Shown here: positions 42,945-52,288 of the stretch, in pieces
How positions within the stretch are numbered: position 1 is the first letter of the stretch
Layout: each line of letters begins with the position of its first letter
Assembly (NCBI GenBank): GCA_963817385.1
Contig: CAWFOM010000005.1
Location: forward strand, 64,001 to 128,000
Source: an uncultured delta proteobacterium
GTDB lineage: Bacteria > Desulfobacterota > Syntrophia > Syntrophales > UBA5619
Length of the DNA stretch: 64,000 nt
Direction of reading: 5' to 3'
Translations under genes and position numbers: made by a program
The notes under the pieces: generated by a model
Told to the model about the DNA's origin: nothing
Databases searched by the model: none
What the model saw: the letters and a program-made list of their open reading frames with translations, nothing else

Positions 42945-43508
42945 ATGATGTCCAGGAAAATATTGACTCTCTGGGACGGGGAGGAGATCAACGAGGCGGA
43001 TACCCGGATCCTCCGGACCCCCTCCAAGGAGGCGCCGTGCCCGTTCGATAAGGCCACGAAGGAGGCCATCCGGGCGCTGGAGGAGGCCTTTCTGGAGCGG
43101 GAGGAGGCGGTGGGGCTCGCCGCCCCGCAGATCGGCATCGGCAAGCGGATCATCGCCTTTAGGACCCGGGGATTCGACGAAAAGGACACCGATCGCAAGA
43201 AAGAGGATTGTGAGCTTCTCGTCAACCCCCGGATCACCCAGAGGCGGGGGGAGTTGGTCGTCGCGGAAGAGGGGTGCCTCTCCTGCCCGGAGATCCGCGT
43301 AGAGATCGAGCGGTATCCGGAGATCAAGGTCCGCGCCTATGATCAGGAAGGTCGGAAGGTGAGCAAACGCTACCTTGATTTCGCCGCCCGTGTCGTTCAG
43401 CATGAGTTGGACCACTTGGAAGGGAAGCTGATCGTGGACTATGACGGATCGGCCGTCATCCCGAAAAAACGGCAGGATTTCTTCGAAAGATTCTTTCAGG
43501 ACAAATAA
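42945..43508 (+). CDS. def: Peptide deformylase
   Basis: GLAAPQIG, EGCLS, QHELDHLEG. Confidence 0.95.
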   Translation: MMSRKILTLWDGEEINEADTRILRTPSKEAPCPFDKATKEAIRALEEAFLEREEAVGLAAPQIGIGKRIIAFRTRGFDEKDTDRKKEDCELLVNPRITQRRGELVVAEEGCLSCPEIRVEIERYPEIKVRAYDQEGRKVSKRYLDFAARVVQHELDHLEGKLIVDYDGSAVIPKKRQDFFERFFQDK

Positions 43509-43515
43509 CGGGGGA

Positions 43516-43645
43516 GTTCCTCGGACCTCTGTGCTACGGGACCTTTTCGGCGCTCCCGGGCGTCGAAGACCTTCGCGGTCCGGGCAGGTGAAGTCCGACG
43601 TTTGCGACCCCGTAACGCGCAACAGATCTCCAAAGATAGGGGGGA
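43516..43645 (+). other. Candidate multi-branch structured RNA/DNA element
   Basis: Closing stem TACGGG/CCCGTA enclosing three abutting hairpins (43546-67, 43568-80, 43581-97) with several G-U pairs. Confidence 0.3.
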
Positions 43646-43694
43646 CATTGCGGTCATCGGAATCCGGATGGTTTCGTGCCCGGAAGGAGACGAT

Positions 43695-44495
43695 ATGAAA
43701 CCGAATGGAAAGATAAAACCGAACGTACAACGCGCGGACAAGGCAGGGAAAAAGGCGGCAGCGCTGCCCCTGCGGATATGGGCCATCGGCGGAGCGGTTT
43801 TTTTGCTCATCGTCATCGCCTGGTTTATGCTTTCGCCTGCGCGAAGGGAAGCGTCTCTACCGCCATCCCCCACCCGGGCGCCGGGAACCCTGAATCCCCA
43901 AACCAAGGCACCCGCCGGCTCACCGGAGGCCAGGATCACGGAGACACAGCTTGCCTTCATTCAGGCCGTCCGCCTGCAGCCCACCCGGCCCACCAGAATG
44001 GACATCCTGAAGGCGGAGGTCGAGGTCGCATCAAACGCCCCCGGAAAACTTGTCTATACCTATCACTGGAAGGTGAACGACCGGGTCATCGAGGATGCAT
44101 CGGGGGATACCCTGAATCTGTCGCCCTTTAAAAAACGGGATCTCATCACGGTCACGGTCACTCCCTATGACGGCAACACCGCCGGATTTGAGGTAGAAAG
44201 CCCCATGGTCGCCATCCACAGCATCCCCCCGTCGCTTGAACTGAAGGCTATGCGCAAGGCCAGAAAAACCGGGGAACCCATTGAGTTGCAACTGGTCGGC
44301 GTCGCTCCCGACGGCGAGAAGGTCGCCTTCAGCCTGGAGGCTCCCCATATTCCCGGCATGACCATCGACAAGAGTTCAGGAAAGATCACCTGGATCCTCG
44401 AACCGGGGCAGAAAGGATCGTTGCGCTTTGGCGCCGCCGTCGAGGATGATAACGGGACAAAGATCGCAAGAATCTTCGATGTCACCGTAGATTAG
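43695..44495 (+). CDS. Membrane-anchored protein with Ig-like domains
   Basis: TM segment, Pro-rich linker, YTYHWKVN, VTVTPYDG, PGMTID..SG.ITW (putative Ig repeat). Confidence 0.65.
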   Translation: MKPNGKIKPNVQRADKAGKKAAALPLRIWAIGGAVFLLIVIAWFMLSPARREASLPPSPTRAPGTLNPQTKAPAGSPEARITETQLAFIQAVRLQPTRPTRMDILKAEVEVASNAPGKLVYTYHWKVNDRVIEDASGDTLNLSPFKKRDLITVTVTPYDGNTAGFEVESPMVAIHSIPPSLELKAMRKARKTGEPIELQLVGVAPDGEKVAFSLEAPHIPGMTIDKSSGKITWILEPGQKGSLRFGAAVEDDNGTKIARIFDVTVD

Positions 44496-44529
44496 TCAAG
44501 CAGGGGTAACCTTTGGATCTCGCCGATAG

Positions 44530-44952
44530 ATGGGGGAATGGGTTGCGCATCCGTTCAACATTATTACGGCACCGGTCATTTACGCCGGTTTCCTGCCGTT
44601 TCTGCTCCTTGATCTATTCGTTTCCCTCTACCAGACAGTCTGTTCTCGCGTCTACGGCATCCCCAAAGTTATCCGAGGCGACTACCTGATATTTGACCGA
44701 ACGGATCTTCCCTACCTTAATCCGATCGAAAGATTCAACTGCTTCTCCTGTTCCTATGCAAACGGATTGGCTTCTTATACGCGGGAAATCACTGCCCGCA
44801 CCGAACAATACTGGTGCCCCATCAAGCATGCCAGACGCATCCGCGCCGCCCACTCGCGGTACGGCAAATTCTTTGAGTTTGGGGATGCGGAAAGTTTCAG
44901 CAAAGGGCTGGAAAAGCTCAGACGCGATTTCGAGAACCATGACGCGAGATAA
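44530..44952 (+). CDS. Conserved hypothetical membrane protein, probably N-terminally truncated
   Basis: P.IY...P..LLDL.V..YQ..C...YGIPKV.R.DY..FDR..L.YLN.IE.FNC..C.YANG...ARTEQYWCPIKH; relatives I recall have a longer N-terminus. Confidence 0.55.
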   Translation: MGEWVAHPFNIITAPVIYAGFLPFLLLDLFVSLYQTVCSRVYGIPKVIRGDYLIFDRTDLPYLNPIERFNCFSCSYANGLASYTREITARTEQYWCPIKHARRIRAAHSRYGKFFEFGDAESFSKGLEKLRRDFENHDAR

Positions 44953-44957
44953 AATAG

Positions 44958-46008
44958 TTACTGAATAGCCCCTGTGGTCGCGTTGATGGTAAAGACTGAG
45001 ATAGAGTTATCACCTTCATTTGTCACATAGGCGAATTTTCCTGACGGGCCGACGGTGATGGAGGTAGGATTCGTCCCTGCGGCCACAGCCGTTCCGGCAG
45101 TCAACGCGCCGGTAGTGGTATCGATGCTATAAACCGAGATGTTGCTGGAACCCTGATTTGCCACATAAGCGAATTTTCCTGACGGGCCGACGGTGATGGA
45201 TGTAGGATTCGTCCCCGCAGCCACAGCCGTTCCGGCGGTCAACGCGCCGGTGGTCGTATTGATGCTATAAGCAAAGATGTTGTTGGAACCCCAGTTTGCC
45301 ACATAGGCGAATTTTCCTGACGGGTCGACAGTGACGGAGGCAGGATTCGTCCCTGCAGCTAGCAGCCGTTCCGGCGGTCAACGCGCCGGTAATGGTATTG
45401 ATGCTATAAACCGAGATATTATTGGAACCCCAATTTGCCGCATAAGCGAATTTTCCTGACGGGTCGACGGCGATGGACGTAGGATTCGTTCCCGCAGCCA
45501 CAACCGTTCCGGCGGTCAACGCGCCGGTGGTCGTATTGATGGAATAAACAGAGATAGTGTGATCACCCTCATTTGCCGCATAAGCGAATTTTCCTGACGG
45601 GTCAACGGTGACGGAAGCTGGATTTGTCCCTGCAGCCACAGCCGTTCCGGCGGTCAACGCGCCGGTGGTCGCATTGATGCTATAAACCGAGACGTTGTTG
45701 GAACCCCAATTTGCCGCATAAGCGAATTTTCCTGACGGGTCAACCGTGATGGAAGTAGGTTTCGTCGCTGCAGCCACAGCCGTTCCGGCAGTCAACGCGC
45801 CGGTGGCGGTATCGATGCTATAAACCGAGATGTCGTTGGAACCCCAATTCGCCACATAGGCGAATTTTCCTGACGGGGCAATGGTAATACATTCTGGAGC
45901 GGTCCCTGTAGCCACTATCGGTGAGGTGCTGTCGCCGCCACTTCCGCACGCAGTCATCGCTATTACAAGAAAAAGGGCCAACGCCGATAATCTCAATTCC
46001 ACCTTCAT
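44958..46008 (-). CDS. Lactonase/YVTN-type 7-bladed beta-propeller lipoprotein; +1 frameshift at ~45362
   Basis: Lipobox MTAC; seven 46-aa repeats GTNP.SI.VDPSGKFAY.AN.GSN.ISVYSI.TTTGALTAGTAVAA. Confidence 0.85.
44965..45905. repeat. Seven 138-bp tandem repeats
   Basis: GCGAATTTTCCTGACGG at 45031, 45169, 45307, 45446, 45584, 45722 and 45860. Confidence 0.95.
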
Positions 46009-46370
46009 AAAAAATCTCCTTTTTTGATCCTTGAGTGAATTGCCTCCTATCATATATCTCTAATATCTCCAAATTTCAAAAGGATCATTGACCATACGTT
46101 GCCATATTGCTATCACAATTCTTATCAGGACTACAATATAAATCAGTGGTATGAATCCCAGGGAAAGCCCCGGCCCTTGTTATGCGGGAAGCTGCCGGGT
46201 AGTTATTCGTTTTAATAGATGTGACCTCTCACTATCCTTACAATCAATAGACATTGTTATCGGCCCAGTTTACAAATAAGATACCACCAATCGTTTTCCA
46301 TCATTATCAATGAACAGAAGAGCTTTAAACTCATGATCCCAGAAAAATAGCGGTTTATGGAGATGACAAC

Positions 46371-46544
46371 ATGACTAACATAGACAAGTTGGATGATGAC
46401 ATGGTTTTAGAGATTGCTCAGAATATGGGATATGATTCAAAGAAATCAAAGGAGCTAAAGAAGTATAAAACGCAAATTTCCGAAATGGATCTATGGGACA
46501 TATCCAAAATCCTCTTCTTTGGAAGGACATGGGAACAATATTAA
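46371..46544 (+). CDS. Small AT-rich hypothetical protein (57 aa)
   Basis: GGAG RBS then MTNIDKLDDDMVLEIAQNMGYDSKKSKELKKYKTQISEMDLWDISKILFFGRTWEQY; below the ORF-track cutoff. Confidence 0.4.
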   Translation: MTNIDKLDDDMVLEIAQNMGYDSKKSKELKKYKTQISEMDLWDISKILFFGRTWEQY

Positions 46545-46630
46545 TTATTACTCCGGGAACAAAGCATATAAATTCTTATCACCCATTTACCTCAACCCTG
46601 CATTCATCCCGTCTCGGGACATCACGGCCA

Positions 46631-47998
46631 TCATCGCCAAAAAAAAGGGGGCATGATCTCATTCGGGTCCAGCATATTTTTCATGCGCTTTATAAAATCA
46701 CGATAACCCGGATCGAGTTTTTCGGTCAGAACGGGCAGAAAATCCGTTCCCACCCGGTGAGGGACGGCACCGACCCGGATCAGGGCTTCCATCAGATCTC
46801 TCGCTTGGGCCAGCGCCTTCCCCCTGCTTTCCGGCCGGGCGGTCTCCCAGGGAATGCTGGCGTGGGCCAGCAAGACAGATCCGCCGAAAGGGTACCCGCG
46901 CAGCTTCAGACTGAGGCCATGCTTTTCCCCGAACGCTTCGGCAATGGAAAAGGCTTCCATCACCCGATCGAAAGGTACCATCGCCACGATCATGATCCTT
47001 TGCCCTCTGCCCAGCCCTGCGGCCGGAAAAGACCCGTACCGGCCTGCCCACCATTCGGGAAGATCATCCTCGACAACCTTTCCGCCCTGTTCTCTGCTAA
47101 AATCGCAGGCCTTGGCCATGTGCCTCTGCACATCCGTTTGGTCTCCTTCCGCCCGGAGAACCAGGAGGAGTTGAATCGCCTCGGGGAGTGATTCCTTCAG
47201 CCGGGGGATCGCGGCCAGGAGCATTTCCTTGGGCACGAGACGCTGTTCAATGAGGGTGGAGATCCCTCCACCCCGCTGTGCCTGTTGAAATCTGCGCAAC
47301 GTATTGACGGCCGCCTGCACATCCGGGAAACCGGCAACTCTCGTGAGCGAGACTTCCGGCTGCCGGTATATTTTCAGGGAGGCTTCGGTGATTACCCCGA
47401 ACACCCCCTCCGATCCGAGGAAGATACCCGTCAGGTCTGCGGGGAAAAAGCGCCTGCTGAAACGGCCTGCGGCCGTGGTGACAGCCCCGGCGCCGGTGGG
47501 AACGATTTCGCCGGTGGGCAGGACCACCTTCAGGCCTACGATCTGGGTCGCCTGATCCTCGAATACGCTGCTGGTGTGGGGGCCGGTCCCCCAGGTCTGG
47601 ATGTGCCCGCCCATCGTCGCCGCCTTGCCGCTTTCCGGGAAGATCATGATCCTGCAACCCTTTGATCCCAGCGCCTCCTCCAGCGTACTGAAGGTGATGC
47701 CGGCTTCGACAGTGACCGTCATCACCTCCTCGTCGATGGTGAGGACCTCGTTCATGCGGGTCAGTTGGAGAAGGATTCCGTCCGCCGGCGGCCGCGTACT
47801 GGACCACCAGCCTGTTCCCCCTCCTTTGGGCCGGACGGGCGTAGCCGTCCGGTTTGCCGTTTTGAGGATGGCGGAAACCTCCTCCGCCGTCCGGGGCTTC
47901 AGGATCAAAGAGGCGTCTTGCCGAGAAACCCATTCCGGGCCGATACATTGGGAAAACTCCTCTTGCAGGCGATCGATTTTCTCCGCGCCGTTCCCCAT
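46631..47998 (-). CDS. FAD-binding oxidoreductase (GlcD/VAO-type)
   Basis: P.T.EEV..I, V.P.GGGT, VTVEAGI, GLKVVLPTGE, DL..IFLGSEG.FGVITE, K..LDPN.IM. Confidence 0.85.
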   Translation of the reverse strand: MGNGAEKIDRLQEEFSQCIGPEWVSRQDASLILKPRTAEEVSAILKTANRTATPVRPKGGGTGWWSSTRPPADGILLQLTRMNEVLTIDEEVMTVTVEAGITFSTLEEALGSKGCRIMIFPESGKAATMGGHIQTWGTGPHTSSVFEDQATQIVGLKVVLPTGEIVPTGAGAVTTAAGRFSRRFFPADLTGIFLGSEGVFGVITEASLKIYRQPEVSLTRVAGFPDVQAAVNTLRRFQQAQRGGGISTLIEQRLVPKEMLLAAIPRLKESLPEAIQLLLVLRAEGDQTDVQRHMAKACDFSREQGGKVVEDDLPEWWAGRYGSFPAAGLGRGQRIMIVAMVPFDRVMEAFSIAEAFGEKHGLSLKLRGYPFGGSVLLAHASIPWETARPESRGKALAQARDLMEALIRVGAVPHRVGTDFLPVLTEKLDPGYRDFIKRMKNMLDPNEIMPPFFWR

Positions 47999-48249
47999 TC
48001 CTGCACCCTCCTTTTCCTGTCCCCAGCGAAAGCGCCCTAGGACGGACGCCTCCCTTTGCATGCACGTCCGGCTTCTCCGAGAACGGCAAATTTTATAGCA
48101 CAGGGAGGGCAGGATTTCCATTATCTCCTGATAGACAATCCGGACCGCCCGCGGCATCCGCCCCATATTAGTGTTGACAAAAGTCCGGCTTTTTGGATAG
48201 GAGGTGTCCAACGGAGGTAAGAGAAGAATCCCCGGGCAATAGGTAGACT

Positions 48250-48492
48250 ATGCGGGAAGCAATATCGCGGCGAACCTTTTTACCGTTTTCCGCAGGATCG
48301 CTCGGGGCAGCAGCGATCTCCGGCCCCGAGCTGCTCATGGCCCAGCAGGACCATAGCTCTCCATCGCCGCCGGGGGAGCGGGAGCGTCCATTACGTCCTG
48401 AATGGAAGCGCTCACATCGCCATCAATCCATGATGGCTGGAAAATGGATCGCGAGGGCAAACGCGACTCGCAAAACCGGACAGAGATTATGA
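48250..48492 (+). pseudogene. Remnant of a Tat-exported solute-binding protein (TAXI-like N-terminus)
   Basis: MREAISRRTFL twin-arginine signal; shifted frames give LSIAAGGAG / VHYVLNG, similar to TAXI LSIATGGTGGVYYPLG. Confidence 0.35.
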
Positions 48493-49372
48493 AGCGATTA
48501 AATCCTTTTGAGTATCGTGAACCGAAGACCCTGGGGGAGGCGATCGAGATCCTCGCCGGCGAGGGACCCCGGGCCCTTCCCCTGGCCGGAGGAACGGACC
48601 TCCTGGTGCGGATGAAGCAAGGCACCATCACCCCTTCCCTCCTGGTCAATCTGAAAAGGATCGCCGGGCTCGACCGCATTGAGCGATCAAAGGCCGGAGG
48701 CCTCACCATAGGCGCATTGGCTCCGATTGCAGCGGTGGAGCGTTCTTCGCCCCTCCGGCAGAGCCATCCCGTCTTGATCCAGGCCGCGGGTCTTTTGGGT
48801 TCGCCTTCGATCCGCCGGCTGGCGACGCTGGGCGGTAATGTGGGCAGAGCCTCCCCGGCCGCGGATATGGTTCCGGCCCTCATCGCTCTGAAAGCCCTCG
48901 TCTTTGCGGAAGGACCCGCCGGAAAAAGGGAGATTCCGTTGACGCGTTCTTCAAGGGACCCGGACAGACCGTCCTGGCGCCGGCGGAGATCATCACGGCG
49001 ATCTTCCTGCCCGATCCAGCCCCGGCCGCCGGAGCGGCCTACGTGAAACTCGGCCGCCGGGAGGGGATGGACTGCGCCCTGGTCGGAGTCGCGGCCGCCC
49101 TGTCGCTTGGCAGCGATGGAAGGGCCGACGAAGCCAGGGTGGCCTTTGCCGCCTGCGGACCGGTCCCGCTCAGGGCCGGAAACGCGGAAGCGATCCTCCT
49201 TGCCGGCCCCCTTGATGAGAACCGCCTTCGGGAGGCCGCCCGGGCGACGGCCGGGGATTCCTCCCCGATCACGGATATGCGGGCGGGCGCCGGCTACCGC
49301 AGGGAGATGGTTGAAGTGTTGGCCTTCAGGGCACTGCGGGACGCCTGGCAGGCAGCCCGACACGCGCCTTAA
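48489..49372 (+). CDS. Molybdenum hydroxylase FAD subunit; -1 frameshift at ~48937
   Basis: FEY.EP.TL.EA, LAGGTDL, IR..ATLGGNV..ASPAAD; resumes (D)AFFKGPG.TVL...KLGRR...SPITD.RA.A.YR. Confidence 0.88.
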
Positions 49373-49404
49373 GCCCGAGTAAAGGATTGGATTAGGATGG
49401 GACG

Positions 49405-49875
49405 ATGAAGACGACCATAGATCTGACGGTGAACGATGAAGTCCGGCAGGTGGAGGTGGAACCGCAGACCACCCTGCTGGAGGTTCTCCGGGAGAGTCTG
49501 CATCTGACCGGGACCAAGGAGGGTTGCGGTCTGGGCGATTGCGGGACCTGCATCGTTCTGGCGGACGACAAACCCGTCAATTCCTGCCTGATGTTGGCAG
49601 CAGACGCCCGGGGGAGGCGGATCACCACCATCGAGGGGTTGCAGAAAGAGGGGAAGCTGCACCCCCTCCAACAAAGTTTCATCACCGAGGGGGCGGTGCA
49701 ATGCGGCTTTTGTTCGCCGGCGATGATCCTCTCAGCAAAGGCTCTTCTGGACGAGAATCCCCGGCCGACGGAGGATGAGATCAAGAGAGCTCTCTCCGGA
49801 GTGCTCTGCCGATGCGCTTCCTACAAGAAAATCATTGCGGCGGTGCAGGCCGTTGCCTCCATGAAGAAGGGATAA
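49405..49875 (+). CDS. Molybdenum hydroxylase 2x[2Fe-2S] subunit
   Basis: GTKEGCG.GDCG.C...NSC, QCGFC, LCRC. Confidence 0.93.
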   Translation: MKTTIDLTVNDEVRQVEVEPQTTLLEVLRESLHLTGTKEGCGLGDCGTCIVLADDKPVNSCLMLAADARGRRITTIEGLQKEGKLHPLQQSFITEGAVQCGFCSPAMILSAKALLDENPRPTEDEIKRALSGVLCRCASYKKIIAAVQAVASMKKG

Positions 49876-49876
49876 T

Positions 49877-52171
49877 ATGGAAACCGGATATATTGGAAAA
49901 TCCATCCCCCGTCTGGATGCTCTCGATAAGGTGACCGGCCGGGCGGTCTACTCCGTGGACGTGGATCTCCCCGGGATGCTTCACGGGGCGGTTCTCCGCT
50001 CCCCCTATCCTCACGCCCGGATCATTGAGATCGATCTCTCCGGGGCCCGGGAGGTTCCGGGAGTGCGGGTGGTCGTCACCGGGAAGGACTTTCCGTTTAC
50101 CCATGGGGCAATGATCAAAGACCAACCTTTTCTGGCGATCGACCGGGTGCGCTACGTCGGGGAGGCCATTGCGGCGGTCGCCGCCGAGACGGAAGCGGCC
50201 GCGCAAAGCGCCGTTACCCGGATCCGGGTACGCTACGAGGAACTGCCTGCGGTCTTTGACCCGAAGGACGCCATCGTCAAGGGGGCGCCTCTTCTCCATG
50301 AACATCAGGCCGATTATCCCCGAGCTCCTTTCTATCAGTGCGTTCCGGGGACGAATATCTGTACCATCCGGACCTTCGCCAAAGGAGATGTGCAGGCCGG
50401 CTTCGCCCAGGCCGACGAGGTTTTTGAAGACGAATTTTACATCCACGCCGTGGCCCACACCCCGATGGAAACCCACGCCGCCGCCGCCCAATATTCACCC
50501 GTCGGCGGCGATTACGTCGTCTGGTCGGCTTCGGACGGTCCCCACCGCCGGAGCAAGGAACTAGCCGATGCCCTGGGAATCCCTATCAACCAGGTCCGCG
50601 TCCTGACCACCTGCGCCGGGGGTGGCTTCGGTGGCAAGGGTACCCTCGTCGCAGAGGCGCTGGCCGTAGCTCTCGCTCGGTTTGCCGGGGGAAGGCCGGT
50701 CAGAGTGGTCTTTTCCCGGGAAGAAGAGCTGTCGGCATCGCAGACGCGTCACGCCGCCTATCTCCGCCTCAAGACGGGCGTGAAAAGGGACGGGACGCTG
50801 ATCGCCCGCAGCGCCGACCTCCTCTGGGACAAAGGGGCTTACGCATCCAAAGGCCCGGACGTCGCCTACCGAGGGGCCTTGACGATCTTCGGCCCTTACC
50901 GGATTCCGCACGTCGAGGTGCTGACCCGCCTGGTCTACACCAATAAGCAGATCGCCGGCGCCTACCGCGGCTTCGGCACGACCCAGGTGACTTGGGCCTG
51001 CGAGTCGCAGATGGACATCATCGCCCACCGGCTGGGTATCGACCCTCTGGAGCTGCGCCTGAAGAACTGCTACGTTGAAAATGATCGTTACATCAACGGC
51101 CAGGTCATGCGGGCCGTCGGGCTGAAGGAAACACTGGAGCGGGCAAGCGGGGAGATTGACTGGGGGAGGCCGAAGTCACCGGCATCGGGATCCGTGCGTC
51201 GCGGCAAAGGCATCGCGACCATGCTGAAGGGAACGGCGACCCCCACGACCTCGCAATGCGTGATCAATGTGAGCCAGGACGGGTCCATCACTCTCCTTAC
51301 GAGCGCCGTTGAGATCGGCGCCGGGCAGAAAACCGTCCTGGCCCAGATCGCCGCAGAGACGATCGGCGTGGACCCGTCCTCCATCGTCGTCCCGAACTCC
51401 GACACGCTGAAATCGCCTTTCGATTTCGGTACCACCTCCAGCCGCGTCACCTACCATAACGGTAATGCCGTGCGCCAAGCAGGTGAGAAGGTGCGCCGGA
51501 GGATCCTGGAGATCGCCGGCGAGATCTTGAAGACCGATCCGACCCGCCTCTCCCTTTCTTGCGGAAAGATCGTCGAGGAAGGTGTCGGCGAAAGGGCCGG
51601 ACTGAAAGAGGTATTGTCCCAGAAGTTCACCCGCGGCGGTATGATCTGGGAAGAGGGCTTTTACACCGCCTCCGGTTCCTCGCTGTTGAATGCCGATCCG
51701 GGATTGCAAGCCCTCAGCAGCATCTTCTGGATGTTTGCCACCCACGCGGCTGAGGTGGAAGTGGATATCGAGACGGGCGTGGTCAAGGTGCTGAAGATCG
51801 CCGCCGCCCACGATGTGGGTCGGGCGATCAACCCCATGCTCTGCGAACAGCAAATCGAAGGGTCGGTCGTCATGGGCCTCTCCAACACGCTCCTGGAAGA
51901 GTTCAAGCTGGAGAAGGGCCGCGTCCTGAACAACACCCTGGCCGATTACAAGGTGGCCACGATGATGGACCTGCCGGATATCGTGCCTATCATCGTGGAA
52001 GCGGGCCACCCGGAAGGGCCATTCGGGGCCAAGGGGGTTGGAGAGCCGGCGGCGGCGCCGGCGGCGCCGGCCATCGCCAACGCCGTCTTCGATGCAATCG
52101 GAGTGCGCATCAAGGAGCTGCCGATCACTCCGGAGAAGATCCGGGCAGCCCTGAAAAAGCGGACTGAGTGA
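49877..52171 (+). CDS. Xanthine/aldehyde dehydrogenase family molybdopterin-binding subunit
   Basis: DALDKVTG.A.Y, LRSPYPHA, GGGFGGKG, AYRGFG, HDVGRAINP, GAKGVGEP. Confidence 0.93.
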   Translation: METGYIGKSIPRLDALDKVTGRAVYSVDVDLPGMLHGAVLRSPYPHARIIEIDLSGAREVPGVRVVVTGKDFPFTHGAMIKDQPFLAIDRVRYVGEAIAAVAAETEAAAQSAVTRIRVRYEELPAVFDPKDAIVKGAPLLHEHQADYPRAPFYQCVPGTNICTIRTFAKGDVQAGFAQADEVFEDEFYIHAVAHTPMETHAAAAQYSPVGGDYVVWSASDGPHRRSKELADALGIPINQVRVLTTCAGGGFGGKGTLVAEALAVALARFAGGRPVRVVFSREEELSASQTRHAAYLRLKTGVKRDGTLIARSADLLWDKGAYASKGPDVAYRGALTIFGPYRIPHVEVLTRLVYTNKQIAGAYRGFGTTQVTWACESQMDIIAHRLGIDPLELRLKNCYVENDRYINGQVMRAVGLKETLERASGEIDWGRPKSPASGSVRRGKGIATMLKGTATPTTSQCVINVSQDGSITLLTSAVEIGAGQKTVLAQIAAETIGVDPSSIVVPNSDTLKSPFDFGTTSSRVTYHNGNAVRQAGEKVRRRILEIAGEILKTDPTRLSLSCGKIVEEGVGERAGLKEVLSQKFTRGGMIWEEGFYTASGSSLLNADPGLQALSSIFWMFATHAAEVEVDIETGVVKVLKIAAAHDVGRAINPMLCEQQIEGSVVMGLSNTLLEEFKLEKGRVLNNTLADYKVATMMDLPDIVPIIVEAGHPEGPFGAKGVGEPAAAPAAPAIANAVFDAIGVRIKELPITPEKIRAALKKRTE

Positions 52172-52288
52172 TATACGCGGAGGAGACAGAATATGCGATC
52201 CGGAATTCCAAATGGAATCCCCGGTTAAGGCGGCGTGGACCCAGGATGGAACAGGGGCGAGAAATCGTTGGAAAAGAGGTATTGACGC

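Noticed and set aside
44965..45905. 138-bp repeats as a CRISPR array or DGR template/variable repeats
   Set aside because: The repeats are in-frame coding units without spacers; there is no reverse transcriptase and the differences are not adenine-specific.
46160..46205. GGAAAGCCCCGGCCCTT...GTTATGC as an IS200/605 end or attC
   Set aside because: Only half of either motif is present, with no transposase or complementary arm.
48489..49372. 4-hydroxybenzoyl-CoA reductase
   Set aside because: The FAD subunit lacks the Cys-rich [4Fe-4S] insertion of HcrB.
48489..52171. coxMSL-like order suggesting aerobic CO dehydrogenase
   Set aside because: The large subunit has AYRGFG, not AYxCSFR (form I) or AYRGAGR (form II), and there are no cox accessory genes.
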